DNA of 63,957 nt, the filler included, from Reticulomyxa filosa (taxonomy: Eukaryota > Protista > Foraminifera), in assembly GCA_000512085.1 (NCBI GenBank). It is 14 parts of 14 records of this genome, joined end to end, with 100 filler letters (N's around TTAATTAATTAA, not from the genome) between each part and the next. Parts side by side here need not be neighbours in the genome. Positions count along the whole stretch, not along the records: positions 49,222 to 58,313 come from ASPP01027309.1; positions 58,414 to 59,530 come from ASPP01035673.1; positions 59,631 to 60,825 come from ASPP01021067.1; positions 60,926 to 62,632 come from ASPP01034262.1; 10 more parts are not named here. One strand, written 5' to 3'. The position numbers and the translations under genes are program-made. Under the pieces are notes generated by a model. The model was not told the origin of the DNA and searched no databases. It saw nothing but the letters and a program-made list of their open reading frames with translations. Positions 49,909 through 62,632 of the stretch are shown here, piece by piece. Position 1 is the stretch's first letter. Every line of letters starts with the position of its first letter.

Positions 49909-51839
49909 ATAATTATAATTATAATTTATATTTCAACAAAATAAATAAATCAATAAGATTGCCAGTATAAAGTGTGACAAGAATTTAATTACCTTTTTTT
50001 TATTCATATCTAGAACGTGTCCTCCGACTGAAGTCATCTGTTCTTCATTGTTTTTAAATGTTATCACTTTCAATGTATTTCCAGAGTTGTGCCTTTTGTT
50101 GTTGTTTGGGCTACAACCAATATCTTCGTTTTTTAGAATATCTTTTACTTGGTATTTTATCAACATTTTTCAAGTTTTCAATGCGATGGATTCAAGTTAA
50201 AGCAATAAAACACAAATGAGAGATTTTTGGTTTTTCTTTCCTTTTTGATATTTTTTTTTGGAATTATTTTTCGTTCACTAGTTTTCTGTCCTTTTTAACA
50301 TGAGTAGAAGGACTTACAAATCTTGCACAAAAATTTTGATACAAATATTATAAATTTTGTATATTATTCATTTTTTTTATCGACTGTGTCATTTAGTATA
50401 TTTTTCTCACATCAACAAGTCTCAGGAAAATTGAAAATTGGTGGTAAGCAAACCAGACTAACATATCTTCTCAAAGATATAGATATTTTGCATAACAATT
50501 TGTGTAGGATTCTTGCGTAATCAATTCAAGCCAAAAGAAGGCAAATGTTAGGATAAATAGAATGAGAACGAATATGGAAGAACAATCAAACAGACGAATA
50601 GTAAAAGGGCATAATTGTGGTTTGACGTAAGATTAAAAGTTATAATGCTTGATAAATTTAACAAGAAAATTTTAAATGAAAAGGGATTTAAAAAACGATA
50701 GATAGACGGGTCAGTATAGATCAAGAATGTTTTGGATTCACAAGATATTAGTAATTTATTTGTTAATACAGTAGTTTGCAAAAAAGCAGTAAAAAAAAAT
50801 GGCTTTTTTGGTATTTAACTTTATATCTTTATTGAAAAGAGCTAAAGTAAAAATAATTTTGTAGATACATAGAACAAATCACATAATCTATGTTATATAT
50901 CTTATCTCTTGCATTTATTTGAAAAGTTTTGCATCATTCTTTTTCCTCAGGTGTTTGAAAAATTCAATGTTCAAAAAAGACTATCTTACCAAACAAAAAA
51001 ATTTAAAATTAACTTTACTTACTAATACTAAAGCATTTAACGCAAGCATACACAGAAGAACGTAAACAGCATTATAGTGAAGCAATGTGATGAGTTTACA
51101 AATGGAATAGTTTTGCAAATGCTTTTGGATGGAAAGTCTATGCGAAAAGTGGCAAAACAAGATCTGAATCAAATTGAGAACATTTTGTGGATTACTAAGT
51201 GCCGTAATTACAAAAATAGACTATTTTCCAACAAATAGTATCTCTTTGAAGAGTTTAGCAATCAATAGTACTCGATTGAATGTGATTTGTGTGATAAGTA
51301 TCGCTTCAATGCATAAGTGCGTTCATGCTGTGATAAAGTCAAGGGTGATGCCACCAAGTGGTAAATTACACATAAAAGCTTCTTTTAAACACAAGTGTAA
51401 ACGTTTGTTAAATATAAATTAAGCCAACAAAACAACAAAGTAACTTACATATTATTGAGACCCAAATATATTTAAGGTAACATTAATTGTTTTTCATTCT
51501 AAAACAAAGCTGTTAATTTTATGTTTATATTATGTGTAACTTTCTGGATATGTGTTCGACATGACACAGTGTGACATTTGAGATATGCAACAAAAATACG
51601 TCATAATATATGAGAAAAAAGTTATATAAATAATGCCTATGTACGTCTTTATCCATATATCGTGTAATGTACGAACACTCGTCCAATGCAAATATTTTCA
51701 CAGCCCAGAAGTGCAAAAATACAGTATATTTGAAGTTTTTGGGAAACATATGAAAGAGTTTACTTGTTAGGGCGTCAAAATAAAAATTTAAAAAAAAAAG
51801 GAAAAGACAAATTTTGTTCATCAAAAAACTTGTGGAACG

Positions 51840-53630
51840 ATGGCAGCCGCTTCAGGATCAAAGAAAAAAATCACGAATAATATGACTTTGATAACAAACA
51901 ATAGTTCCCAAGTATATACTTTTTCAATTACGTTTGACACGAACAAAAACGAGTCGCTGATCCAAGCAAAAAACCGTACCACAAAAGATGCCTTCCAAGG
52001 TATATTTGGAGTGGAGCAGTTGCAAAAGATAGGTTTTTACCAAAGTACACGAGGTAAGCCAAAGAAAGAAAACATTCAATGAGAGGGGACATATATAAAA
52101 AAAAATTTGAAATACCAATATTTTGGGGGGGGGCAAAAAAAAAAGGGTTTTATAGTCGAATGCAATCAGCACTAGAAAATAAAGCGCCTCAAGAATTGCG
52201 AGCGTATTATTGGTTAATAAACAAGGCAAATGGAGACGAAATGGTAAATCAAGGCAATGAGCTTGACGATGTGTCAGATGAAGGAAACGAAATGTCCGTG
52301 GGATCGACAAAAAGTAATAAAAACAAAAGCAAAGATAAAATGAAAGACAAAGAAGCGACAGAAAATAACAATGGCAATGGTGAAGATATTCATGATGGAT
52401 TATCAGTCTCACTATCACCTAAAAAAGAAGGAAAAGGTAAATCCCTATCACAACAGCAACAATCGCAATTAGAAATGAAAATAATGTTGGAGGAATTGAG
52501 TAAGCACGATGATGAGCCACTCCGATGGTGCATATCACTGCAACAGTTGGATAAAAAAGACACGGAAAAATTGCAAGAGAAACTGGAAGACGTCGTGGAG
52601 GTGGTTGACAATCGCGATCGCAAAATCAAAGAACAATTGAATCTTATCGTCAAACAAGTTAAACTCAAATTCGATAACGAAAAACAAAAACGCATCGAAA
52701 TGGAACAAAGAATCAGCAATTGCGAAGAAGCCATCAAAAAACTTTCCAAAATGGTCAAAGAACTTCAAGTGCATGTTCAAGCTTCTCAAGAAAAAGTTTC
52801 GCATTTTCTTCATCCTGTGTTTTTCACCACACAGGAGTGTCTTCTTTTTTTTAAAAAAAAAAAGTGCATTATGGTTATAAATGTGTAAAATACATGGATA
52901 TAAATATAAACATAAACATTTAAATATATGTATATAAATATATATAAATATATATATAAATATATATATATTTATTTATTTATGTCTATGCTGTACGTAA
53001 ATCAAGGTTGAAACTAAGAGCGAATCGATAGCAGATACGATATCTCAGACTAACCAACAAATGCATGAACAAATTAAACAGCTGACACAACGCTTTGAAG
53101 TGTTTGAAAAACAAATAAGCGATGGCATCACTGAGTCCAATAAGAAATTAGATGACATTCGCCCCAAACTGGCTCGACTCAAAACAAGAAGAGATTTCCC
53201 TTCGGAAGAGGCTTATATTGAATACATTGGTGCGAAAATTAAAGATTGGGATGTTCAAGTTTGGTTTGTTTTTTTGTGAGTGTTAGCAATACTTTTGGCA
53301 ATCATTTGCGTGGTTGTACACAGAAAGATGGACGTGTTTTGATACGTGTCAACCCAGAAATTGCTGAAGGCAAAGCCAAGTTGTTTATTGGATACGTGGG
53401 AGAACCGGTGAAGTGGAATAATACCATTTGTAAAGTTCAATGGCTTGGTCTAGAAAATCGAGAACCAGAATCAGTTTTGCCAAATTCTTCCTTTTTTTTA
53501 TTTTTAAAAAAAAGGGGCTTCATACGTTCGCTCTTTTTTTCAAATGAAGGAAGAGACCACTGAAATTATATGTAACTTGGAATGTGTGTACAGCTGGAAT
53601 GGAAATGTCTTGACGTCTACTTGCCACTGA
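51840..53630 (+). CDS. Protein with a CCDC61/SAS-6/XRCC4-like head domain and long coiled coil (multi-exon; 3' end uncertain)
   Basis: Collinear exon ORFs. N-terminal YTFSITF..SLIQAKNRTTKDAFQGIF..F..RMQSAL pattern, followed by a heptad-rich coiled coil. The gene itself is well supported; the fold call is tentative. Confidence 0.6.
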
Positions 53631-54289
53631 GTGCGTACTATTTTCCCGACTGCCCACATGCTAGGCTCACAGATCACACCGGCTCGTCTGCCACGGACAA
53701 AAAATTGTGAAAAGTAAACCCTCAGCTGGTGCCATAGCTATGAGATATTGCTATTATTTCTTTACTGGAGGCACCTTTTTTCCTCTTTTTTCCCTTTCTC
53801 TTTCCTCCTTGTCTGTGTCACTTGTATAGTGCACACGTTTAAGTTTTCCTCAAAAAAAAAAAATTTAAATAATTACATCATACATAAATACAACCGTCAC
53901 TGTGTTCTGTTATTGAAATTTGATCCTATCTTAATTATACCATTTTTTGAGTGTCAAACTATTTTCTAAATATTGCAATCCCAGTGCTCTTCTTTTTTAG
54001 TGAAGAAAATTTCTACAAGTTATTCAGCAAACTGAATAAAATATAATCAAAGCAACACAAATGCATAAGAAAAATAATGTAGAGTGTTAAGATTTACAGT
54101 ATAAAAATATACTTTCCGAGAAATGAATGTACTAAACAAAAAAGTTTAAATTTTTGACATCAAAAATAGTTGATTATAACAACGATTAACTGGCCTCACA
54201 GCCTATCTACATAAGTGTTCAGAGTAATATTGGGAAACTTTACAGAAGGGAGGAAAAAAAAGGGGTGGCCAATTTTCAAAACGGTCATC

Positions 54290-55142
54290 ATGACAGCAGA
54301 AGCATCAACAGTTGGCCGGATTGGACGCAAGAATCAAGCCATTTTAGACGAATGGAAAACAAATGCCAGCAAGCAGCAAACCAAAGAGCAGAAAAAAGTG
54401 CGCAAAATGGGGAAAGAAGAGATTGAAAATATGGTGACATGGGAAGAATATGAGACAGAGCAAAGAGAAGTGGGTCAATTTGACAAAGAAGAACTTGAAA
54501 CTGGTGTGGGAAAGAATAACACATTACAAAATAAAGAAAAATTAAATGAGCAAAAAACAAACGAGCAAAATGAAAATGAGCAAGTAAAGCAAGAGATTAA
54601 AATACTTATCGAAGAGGAAGTTAGTAATGAGTCTTTGCATATAAATGTATATGTAAAGTTCTGTACAGGTCCCCTTTTTTTTGTTTATGCGTCTTAAATG
54701 AAAGGTAAATAAAGTAATAAGGTCATCAAATTGGCAAAAAGACAAAACATCACAATGGCTGCGTGACATATTAGAAAAAGTTGGAGAAATATTTACGGAG
54801 AGCTTGCCAACGGACAAAGTATATAAATATGCAATTGATGTGTCAATCTTACAGTCAGCAGCATTGTCACGACAATCAGAAACGGTGATGACACCGTCAA
54901 CTGATTTTGCTTGGAATCTCAAAATCAAAAATGGCAATGGAATAACCGTTGTCTTGAACGCTTATGCATTCCAAGTTGCTATTGTCGTTGACAATGAAGA
55001 TGACGAAGAGGATGATGACGCCACTCCGATGAGTCCTGACGACGACAACGCTGCCTCTCCCATCTCCAACGCCAAAAATAGTCAGAACAAATCTGACAGA
55101 TCCAGGCCAATACAATATCATGTCGAGGATGATGCCGAATAG
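54290..55142 (+). CDS. Tctex-1 family dynein light chain domain protein with charged N- and C-terminal extensions
   Basis: After splicing intron 54620-54704: IKILIEEEVNKVIRSSNWQKDKTSQWLRDILEKV...YKYAIDVSILQ...STDFAWNLKIKNGNGITVVLNAYAF, aligning by eye with DYNLT1 (AYQHSKVNQW..FKYIVTCVIMQ..STDG..IVSAFG). Confidence 0.78.
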
Positions 55143-55644
55143 ATTTTATACATTACTTATCAAATACCTTTGCATTTCTTAAAACTCAAATTGATTACTT
55201 TTTTTTTCATTCACATATTCCAAAGTATCGCTTTGGCCAAGACAATCATTTCACTGTTTTGTTTGCTTTTTTTCGTTTCTTTGTTGATTATGGTCTCCAA
55301 ACCGTTATGGAGGAAATTTGCTTTGTTTTGTGATTTTGTTTGTTTCTCGACAGTCTTTTTTGTCAATGTTTAGGAAAGTTGACTCAATTTGAACTTTCTT
55401 GTTGTACAATTCAAAAAAAACATATTATTTTTTATATTCCTCAACAAGTCTTTGCAATAAAACAATTGACGCATTAATAGGATACTTTTGTTTCACATGC
55501 AATTTTGCAAAATTTGGAGCGGAAAAGACTAAATTTTTTTAATAAAAAAAAAGGGGTTGTTAAAAAATTGAAATAATAATTATCAAACAAAAAGACAATT
55601 AAGAGGATCACCTACAACTTAAGTTGGTAAACAAGTAAAAAAAG

Positions 55645-57057
55645 ATGCAGGAAACTTCTAAAGGTCGTTCTCGGTTTCGTTCGGTGCGGGACTCTTCTCG
55701 ACACGACGTGAAATCGAAAGAGTGGACAGAGCAAAACAATGGAAACGATGGGGTGAGTCTGCGGTTGAAAAAGTTGGAAGGCTTTGAACTCGGTAAACGA
55801 GTGAATGTACTTGAGCATGGATTGGGCACGATTCGATTTATTGGAGTAGTTCATTTTGCACAAGGGTTATTTATAGGCGTGGAATTGGATATGGCCGTAG
55901 GCAAACATGATGGTGAATATCATGGGGTTCGTTATTTTTATTGTGAACAAGATCACGGTATATTTACAAAACAAAATCGAATAGAATTGGAACCCACCAG
56001 TCGACAACAATTAATACCAGAAAACATTACAATTGAAAAAACATTAAATAATGGAATACGAAGTGATAATAAAATTCTTCACACCAATACCAATCCACCA
56101 TCGCCTTATTTGCTGTCTCAGCAAACCTCACGTATACGTGGTCTAAGTTTGTCCAACATGTCCCCCATTCAATCCGCCAAAAGTCCACCTTCCACAAGGA
56201 GTTCATCACCTCGCTCACCAGCCACTTTTCAATCGCCGATGATGAGTCCCAGATCACATGCACCACTCGTGCAATCACCTCGAAGTCCAAAACCCAATTT
56301 GACACATTCACAATCACTTCATGGAAGAAATTTTAGTTCTTCTGCATTGATACATTTGAATGACAATGATAACCCCATTGCCGAATCCTCATTCCCAAAT
56401 ATTCACGTCGCAGCTAACAAATATCCGCTGTCACATGTTTCGTACAGATTCATATATATTTGTGCATACATGTATATGCATATATAATACATATGTGTAT
56501 ATGCACAAATATAATAGTCAACACGTCGACAACTATCCGAAAAACAACAACAAATAAAAGATTTGGAAACAGCAATAGAAAAATTGAATGCGGAAAATCA
56601 ATCATTACTGAAAAATTTGAAAATGGAGCAGGATATCCATGAAGCGCAGCAAAAAGAAATGAATAAGAAGGAACAACAAATAAAAACATTGGAAGAAACT
56701 AACGAAAAACTCAGCAATTCATGCAATGAAGAACGTGTTTCATTTTTGGAACAACAATTCAATGACTTGTTTACTAATATTAAGGAAACTGAAGCGCAAA
56801 TTCATCAATGCAAAAATGACTATTTGAGACTTAAAAAAGATGTCCAATTATGTAAAAATCAAAAAGAAACTGTTTTTATCGAATTTTTATTTGGAGAACT
56901 TGAAAAAGATGCTTTAATTCAACAATTGTCACAACAAGCACGATCTCTGCGTCAACAAATTCACTCTCTCCAAAACCAAGGCGACCCTTCTCCATCTGTT
57001 ACTTGGAACCAACGCGTATTCACTCAAGGAGATTTTGTTCCTATTTTTGACTCATAA
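55645..57057 (+). CDS. CAP-Gly domain + Ser/Pro-rich linker + coiled-coil protein (CLIP/p150Glued-like architecture)
   Basis: LGKRVNV...GTIRFIGVVHFAQGLFIGVELDMAVGKHDGEYHGVRYFYC...GIF; downstream coiled-coil exon 56563-57057. Confidence 0.9.
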
Positions 57058-57652
57058 TTCAACGATTCTTTATTTGGTCTTGCTTGTGTGTATGTTTTTT
57101 CTTTTTTGGTCTTGGAAAATTTTACATAATTGTTCAAAATACACACGTTATCTTATTTCGTTAACGCTCTTTCACCTGCTGACTAAGAAATACAGTGAAA
57201 AGCATCCTTTTTTGCTGTTGATTTTCGTTTCCTTTTCCCTTCTTCTCGGTTTAGAAGGGTTGAACCATTAAAACCTTTAAGAACTTTAAAACTAGTTACA
57301 TTCACTTTTTTTGGTTCACAGTGCTATATTGATAAGATTATTTTTTGGATTACATTTCAAAAGTTTGAATGGACTTGCAAATGAGGCTTAAATATGCATT
57401 CTTTGAATTGTAAACGTTTGTGATAAATTTGGGAGTGAATTGTCTCAAAGAAAAAGAGAGTTTATGTGCGGGAGAAGCCAAATCAAATTTTTATGTAGCA
57501 CACAAAAAATGTAGACGCAGAATCCTTTTGTAGGTAAACCAATGCATTGGATAGTGAATCAAAAGAAGATCACCAAAATGGCAATAATGACAAAGGAGAA
57601 ACAACACTAAAAAAAAGTATTCGAAGTTAAAAGAATGTGATCGTATGGTGTA

Positions 57653-58257
57653 TTAACCCTCCATACCAACGTGACCCATACTGTATTCTTGGTTTTTCAT
57701 AGTGTAAATAAACATAATGAAGTAGCACCCCCCGGCCATGATACCTAAACCAACCCAAGCAGGTACGAAAGAAAGCCAGTGGAACCATTTGTTGCTATGT
57801 TCATGTGGCTTTCGTAACGAGTTAAAACATAGAAATCCTCCAAAGCCTGCCAATAAATCTTATGTATATATGCATATATGTATATTTAATGAATTTCATC
57901 TGTCTGTTTTTCATAAAAAAAAATAAAGAAAACTTAATGCGCCCAGAATATACCCTTCAGCAACATATTGATATCCCTCACCACTAACGAAACTCTGGAG
58001 TTTCTTGCCATCGCCTTTGAAAGGTACCTCTCGGATGATGCTGAACATACCACCGCCCATGACAAATGCATAAACGAGTGAGCAGGTGGCCGCGTAGCCA
58101 AGCATGGATTTGCGAATGGGATTGAAGAATAATGCACTGATCGTCAAAATGAAGATTGCCATAACGATATAATACCACTCAGGCAATTCAAATGCGGCCG
58201 TAAATGACAAAGGCAATTTTGAAACTTGTGCAACCCAATTACCAATTTCCTCTGTCT
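57653..58257 (-). CDS. Oligosaccharyltransferase OST3/OST6 family subunit (TUSC3/MAGT1-like), C-terminal TM part, 5' truncated
   Basis: GGGMFSIIREVPF...FVSGEGYQYVAEGYILGAL motif, four TM helices and a C-terminal YTMKNQEY. Confidence 0.85.
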
Positions 58258-59630
58258 ACTTTTTAAAAAATATTATTAAAAAAAATGTGCACATTTTTTT
58301 TTGTTAAAAAAAANNNNNNNNNNNNNNNNNNNNNNNNNNNNNNNNNNNNNNNNNNNNTTAATTAATTAANNNNNNNNNNNNNNNNNNNNNNNNNNNNNNN
58401 NNNNNNNNNNNNNTTGAAAAATTTAAAATAAAAAAATATGACAATGAGAAAAAAAAGGAAAAAAAAGAAAAAAAGGAAAAATCAAAAGAAAATAATAAAA
58501 AAAAACTTGGACGCGGAACAATCGAGAAACGTAGACTGGCCGCTCGCATTGAACTGATCGTGTAGTGTGCGTGTTCGCGCCAACAAACATGGAAACTAGC
58601 CGGGAAGTGCGTAGCTGGAAAACATCACGATATGGAACTGGAACAATGGGGCAAGATTTTCACATGCCAATCTCAAACAATCCAGACATTGGTGCCGTCA
58701 GAATACAAAAGCAAGCGCGCCAAGAAGTAAAAAAAAGAAGATGGTGAAAATACGCAAAGTGAAAACGATGCTGACAGCGGCAGCGACTGGACCGACGATG
58801 GAGTGGAAACGAGAAAGAAAATGACGTGGACGTTGTGAGAAAACAAGCGACGTTGCGATGGAGCAAATCACTATATTGAGTGAATCATCCTATGTCAAAG
58901 TGGTTCAATCTAGTTGTTTGGACTTCACAAGACACCGGAAGCAAGTAGAGAAAGAGAATGAGAAGGATGTAGATAATGAAAAGAATGGCAGGTCTGCATC
59001 GCGTTGATTTGGTTAAAAGAAAAAAAAAAAGTCAGTCGGCAGGCTGTATTGCAATTAGCTATAGACTTGATCTTTAAGTCTGAAAACGCGCAAAGTCGCC
59101 ACTCTCGAGCGTCGACTGACTTCCAATAGCGCGCCCAATATGTCAATATCTAGCAGTGATAGCCCGACGTATTTGAAAAAACTTGTTTGGCTGTGCAACG
59201 CCAATAATTATCCGCAAAGATAGTGTCCAACGGCTATCTACCAACGCCAACGAGCAAGGGAATCTCTGCGTTTCGATTGTTGTCCTGCGTTTACAAAAAT
59301 TAGCGCCATTTCCATATCGACCAAGTTTTGTTACTATTGTCTAAACTGGTCGTGTACGTGCTGATGAGATAAATCGTAAATCCGCAGGCAACATTGAGCA
59401 TTAATAATCGGTGAATAGGCCTAGCTTGTTGAATTTCTTGACTCACTCACTTCAAGAGTTATGTGCCTTGCGTTGTCGAGCAAGCATATGTTATCTTTAC
59501 CAAACTGCCTCCGGTATCGACTATTGTTGGNNNNNNNNNNNNNNNNNNNNNNNNNNNNNNNNNNNNNNNNNNNNTTAATTAATTAANNNNNNNNNNNNNN
59601 NNNNNNNNNNNNNNNNNNNNNNNNNNNNNN

Positions 59631-60165
59631 CGTTACAAAAAAAAAAAAAAAAAAAAAGACTCAACAAAATACTAGCAATTGGATTTTTAAACAATGTCAA
59701 ATACTGCAATCTGTTCAAGGACTTCAGAGGGTGCAAAGTGGACATGGAAGATATTCTGTTGTTGTGAAGGAGCAAACTAACTAATGATTTCAAGTTTTCA
59801 AGACCATCTAAGTCATTTCTATGCTCCAATCAGTCACAGAAAAAAAATGTGTGTACGCAATTGCATTTTTGTTATACGTTTTTGTTCCGACTTGTTGGGA
59901 GGGGAATTTTAAAAAACACAATCTGAAACAAATAATACATTTGGTTGTGAGACAAATCCAAGAATGTTAATTTCATAAAAGAATGGAGGCACCATATGTT
60001 GGTGAGTTGGTTGTGCGATAAGTGCAATGTTTCCAATACGTTTGACGACGAGTCCAACCGCTCGACCGTATGTAGCTCATTATGAGACAAATCCAATGAT
60101 TTTAGATCTCTGTCTTCTTGTTTTTCCACATTCTCTGTCGTCAATTCTTTCCCAATCTTTTTCAT
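59631..60165 (-). CDS. SDS22/U2A'-type leucine-rich repeat protein, 3' truncated
   Basis: LKSLDLSHNEL, LETLHLSHNQL, LTFLDLSHNQ, LVSLLLHNNRI and an LQYLTLFKNPI cap. Confidence 0.88.
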
Positions 60166-60459
60166 TTATTTTTGTTACACTGCGTCGATGCTCTCCTTCA
60201 ATCACCCCCTTTTTTTGTTTGAACCGAAGATTTAAATGACGCTAAAGTGGAGGATACGCTGTCTTGTTTACTTTTTTCACAAATGAAATACCTTTTGCAA
60301 AGAATGAAAAACAACAAATTTTATGAAGCGGAAGAAACTGTTTAAAATGTAGTGCGTCAACTACAACAAAGGCAAAATTGTGGAGACAAACGCAATATTT
60401 GTTTAAATAAGTGTAAGGGAAGAAGGGGATTTTTTTCTCCGGAAAAACTCAAATAAGCC

Positions 60460-60744
60460 ATGTCGCATGCTGACAAACAGCCGTCAGATTCAATAACAAA
60501 GGCTGTTTTATTGGATTTATTATCAGTGGAAGTGGAAGAGTTAGAAGAATCGCGTCGACAGAAGGAACTAAATGACTGGGTAAATTCACAAACACCCGCT
60601 CCGGAGACGAAGAACCAGTTGCTGTCGTTGCTTCAGTTGCATGGATTTGAGCCAAGTGAGCACAACCAAATATTTGAAACGAATGGGATATCTACTGTTG
60701 CGCAGCTGATAACCTTTGCAATGTCACATCTCAAGAGCTGTTAA
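60460..60744 (+). CDS. First exon of a protein with a probable SAM-like domain, 3' truncated
   Basis: LLSLLQLHGFE..HNQIFETNGISTVAQLITF pattern, followed by intron-like sequence and the contig edge. Confidence 0.5.
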   Translation: MSHADKQPSDSITKAVLLDLLSVEVEELEESRRQKELNDWVNSQTPAPETKNQLLSLLQLHGFEPSEHNQIFETNGISTVAQLITFAMSHLKSC

Positions 60745-61183
60745 TTAAATTTTTGTTGTTGTTGTGTCCCTTTTACAAAAAAAAAAAAAAAAGGGTTATA
60801 AATGTATACAAATGGGAGGGGGGAANNNNNNNNNNNNNNNNNNNNNNNNNNNNNNNNNNNNNNNNNNNNTTAATTAATTAANNNNNNNNNNNNNNNNNNN
60901 NNNNNNNNNNNNNNNNNNNNNNNNNACGTATTCTTTCAAACAAAATTAATTGTTGTATTCCAATAAAACGAAAAACTTGTTGGAATGTTGAAAAAGAAAA
61001 GTAGATTGAAAATTGTGACCGCAACTAAATCAAGTCCAACAGGAAAACTATCACTTCCAATCATTTTTGAAAATTTTTTTCTTATTGTTTTTACAAACTG
61101 CTTATAAAAGTGTAAACGTATATCCAGTACAGAAAAAATAATCACAATTTTCTACTAAAATTTTGGTTAGAAACACAAAAAGT

Positions 61184-61399
61184 TCATATTTTAGGGTTGG
61201 CTAATTTTTTTTTTGTCGCAATTGTATGACTTGGATACTCACAGATAAACTTGTATTCGTTTTTGAGTGTATGACAAGAATAACAAGCTCTTTGTTCATA
61301 ACCTCCACAAATGATGAGTTCATGTTTTTGTAACACACATTGAGATTGAAAAAGTGGAGTGAGCAACTCTTTCAAAGTTTGAAAGATTTGGTTGCTCAT
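61184..61399 (-). pseudogene. Truncated member of the expanded Kelch-type 'MSNQIFQTLKEL' family
   Basis: MSNQIFQTLKELLTPLFQSQCVLQKHELIICGGYEQRACYSCHTLKNEYKFICEYPS, then loss of similarity and an early stop; no downstream blades seen before the linker. Confidence 0.65.
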
Positions 61400-62288
61400 G
61401 TTATTAATGTTGACGAAATATGATGTTTAGATTTTTTAAAAGGGTGAAGTATATAAAAAAAGTCATCCTTTTAAAAGTAAAAAAAAATGTATGATTTGAC
61501 TAGGTAAACAAGTATTATGATTTTGTTATAACAAAATTACAATATTGATAAAGGTATGATTATAGTCGACAAGATTATTGAAAAGTGAGAATGTTTTAAT
61601 ACTATAAAGAAGTTTTCGGAACATTGAAATTTGACTATTTGTTATAATATATTCTTGATATATATGCTTGTTATCTTCATTTATGCATGGTTTTTTGTTC
61701 AAAATAGAATAAAGGTGGATCAAAAGTGCATGCATAAACTTCAAAAAGTATATACTGCTTCATAAACGTATAATTTTTCTCGTTTCAACAACATTCTAAG
61801 TACTTCTTAAGTAAAAAGTGATAAAATTCAATTATAATGTAGACAGAAATTTCTATTAAATAGGTTTTCGCAAAAAGGGATAAACAATATCTTCTTTTGG
61901 TTTATCTAATACAGAGCACATACAACACGAAACTAAAGAAATACAGTTTTTTCAAAGAGTATATTCTCTTGGAAAAGTATCTGGAGTGATAAAAACCATT
62001 ACAACCCTCAAGACAAACTGATTCCATTGTTTGATGATCAATTACTAATTGTTTTATTCGGTCGATTATAATTTTTTTTTTCTCCAAATACTCTTTAGGT
62101 TTCATTTGAATGCTTGTTTTGCTGAAAATTGTTATTGTCCTTATTAAACAATGTCTATAATATGGTATTTATGAAATGTGAAGATTTTGGCATTATTATT
62201 AAATTTTTTTCTTTTTAAAACAACATTCTTGCTAATCAATTACGTAATTCAATTTTTAAGCATTCAAAAAAAGGGCTTTCTTTTGCAG

Positions 62289-62632
62289 TAACTCCATCAT
62301 CATGCTTACACAACTTCAACAGACGTTCCCCGAAATGAATGAAGAGATCATTTCAGATGTATTGAAATGGTTTGATCAAGATGCTGAAAAGGCAAAGGAT
62401 ATCTTAACATGGCTAACAGAGAATGCGTAACAATCAATTTCTATTATTTTTTTTTCTCTTTTTTACTAACAAAAAAATGTCAATATTTTTTAACAAATCA
62501 TTGCTTTATATATTTTAATATAGCACAAATTTACAACAACAACATTATATAATGGATCTATTCAAAAAATTTGGCAATAAGCTAGGAAAAGAGACAATAT
62601 CACATACATGGAAAAATTACAATCAAATTTAT
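62289..62632 (+). CDS. Exons of a CUE/UBA-like domain protein, truncated at the contig edge
   Basis: MLTQLQQTFPEMNEEIISDVLKWFDQDAEKAKDILTWL (FP motif) spliced through GT-AG 62427-62523 to TNLQQQHYIMDLFKKFGNKLGKETISHTWKNYNQI. Absent from the ORF track. Confidence 0.65.
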
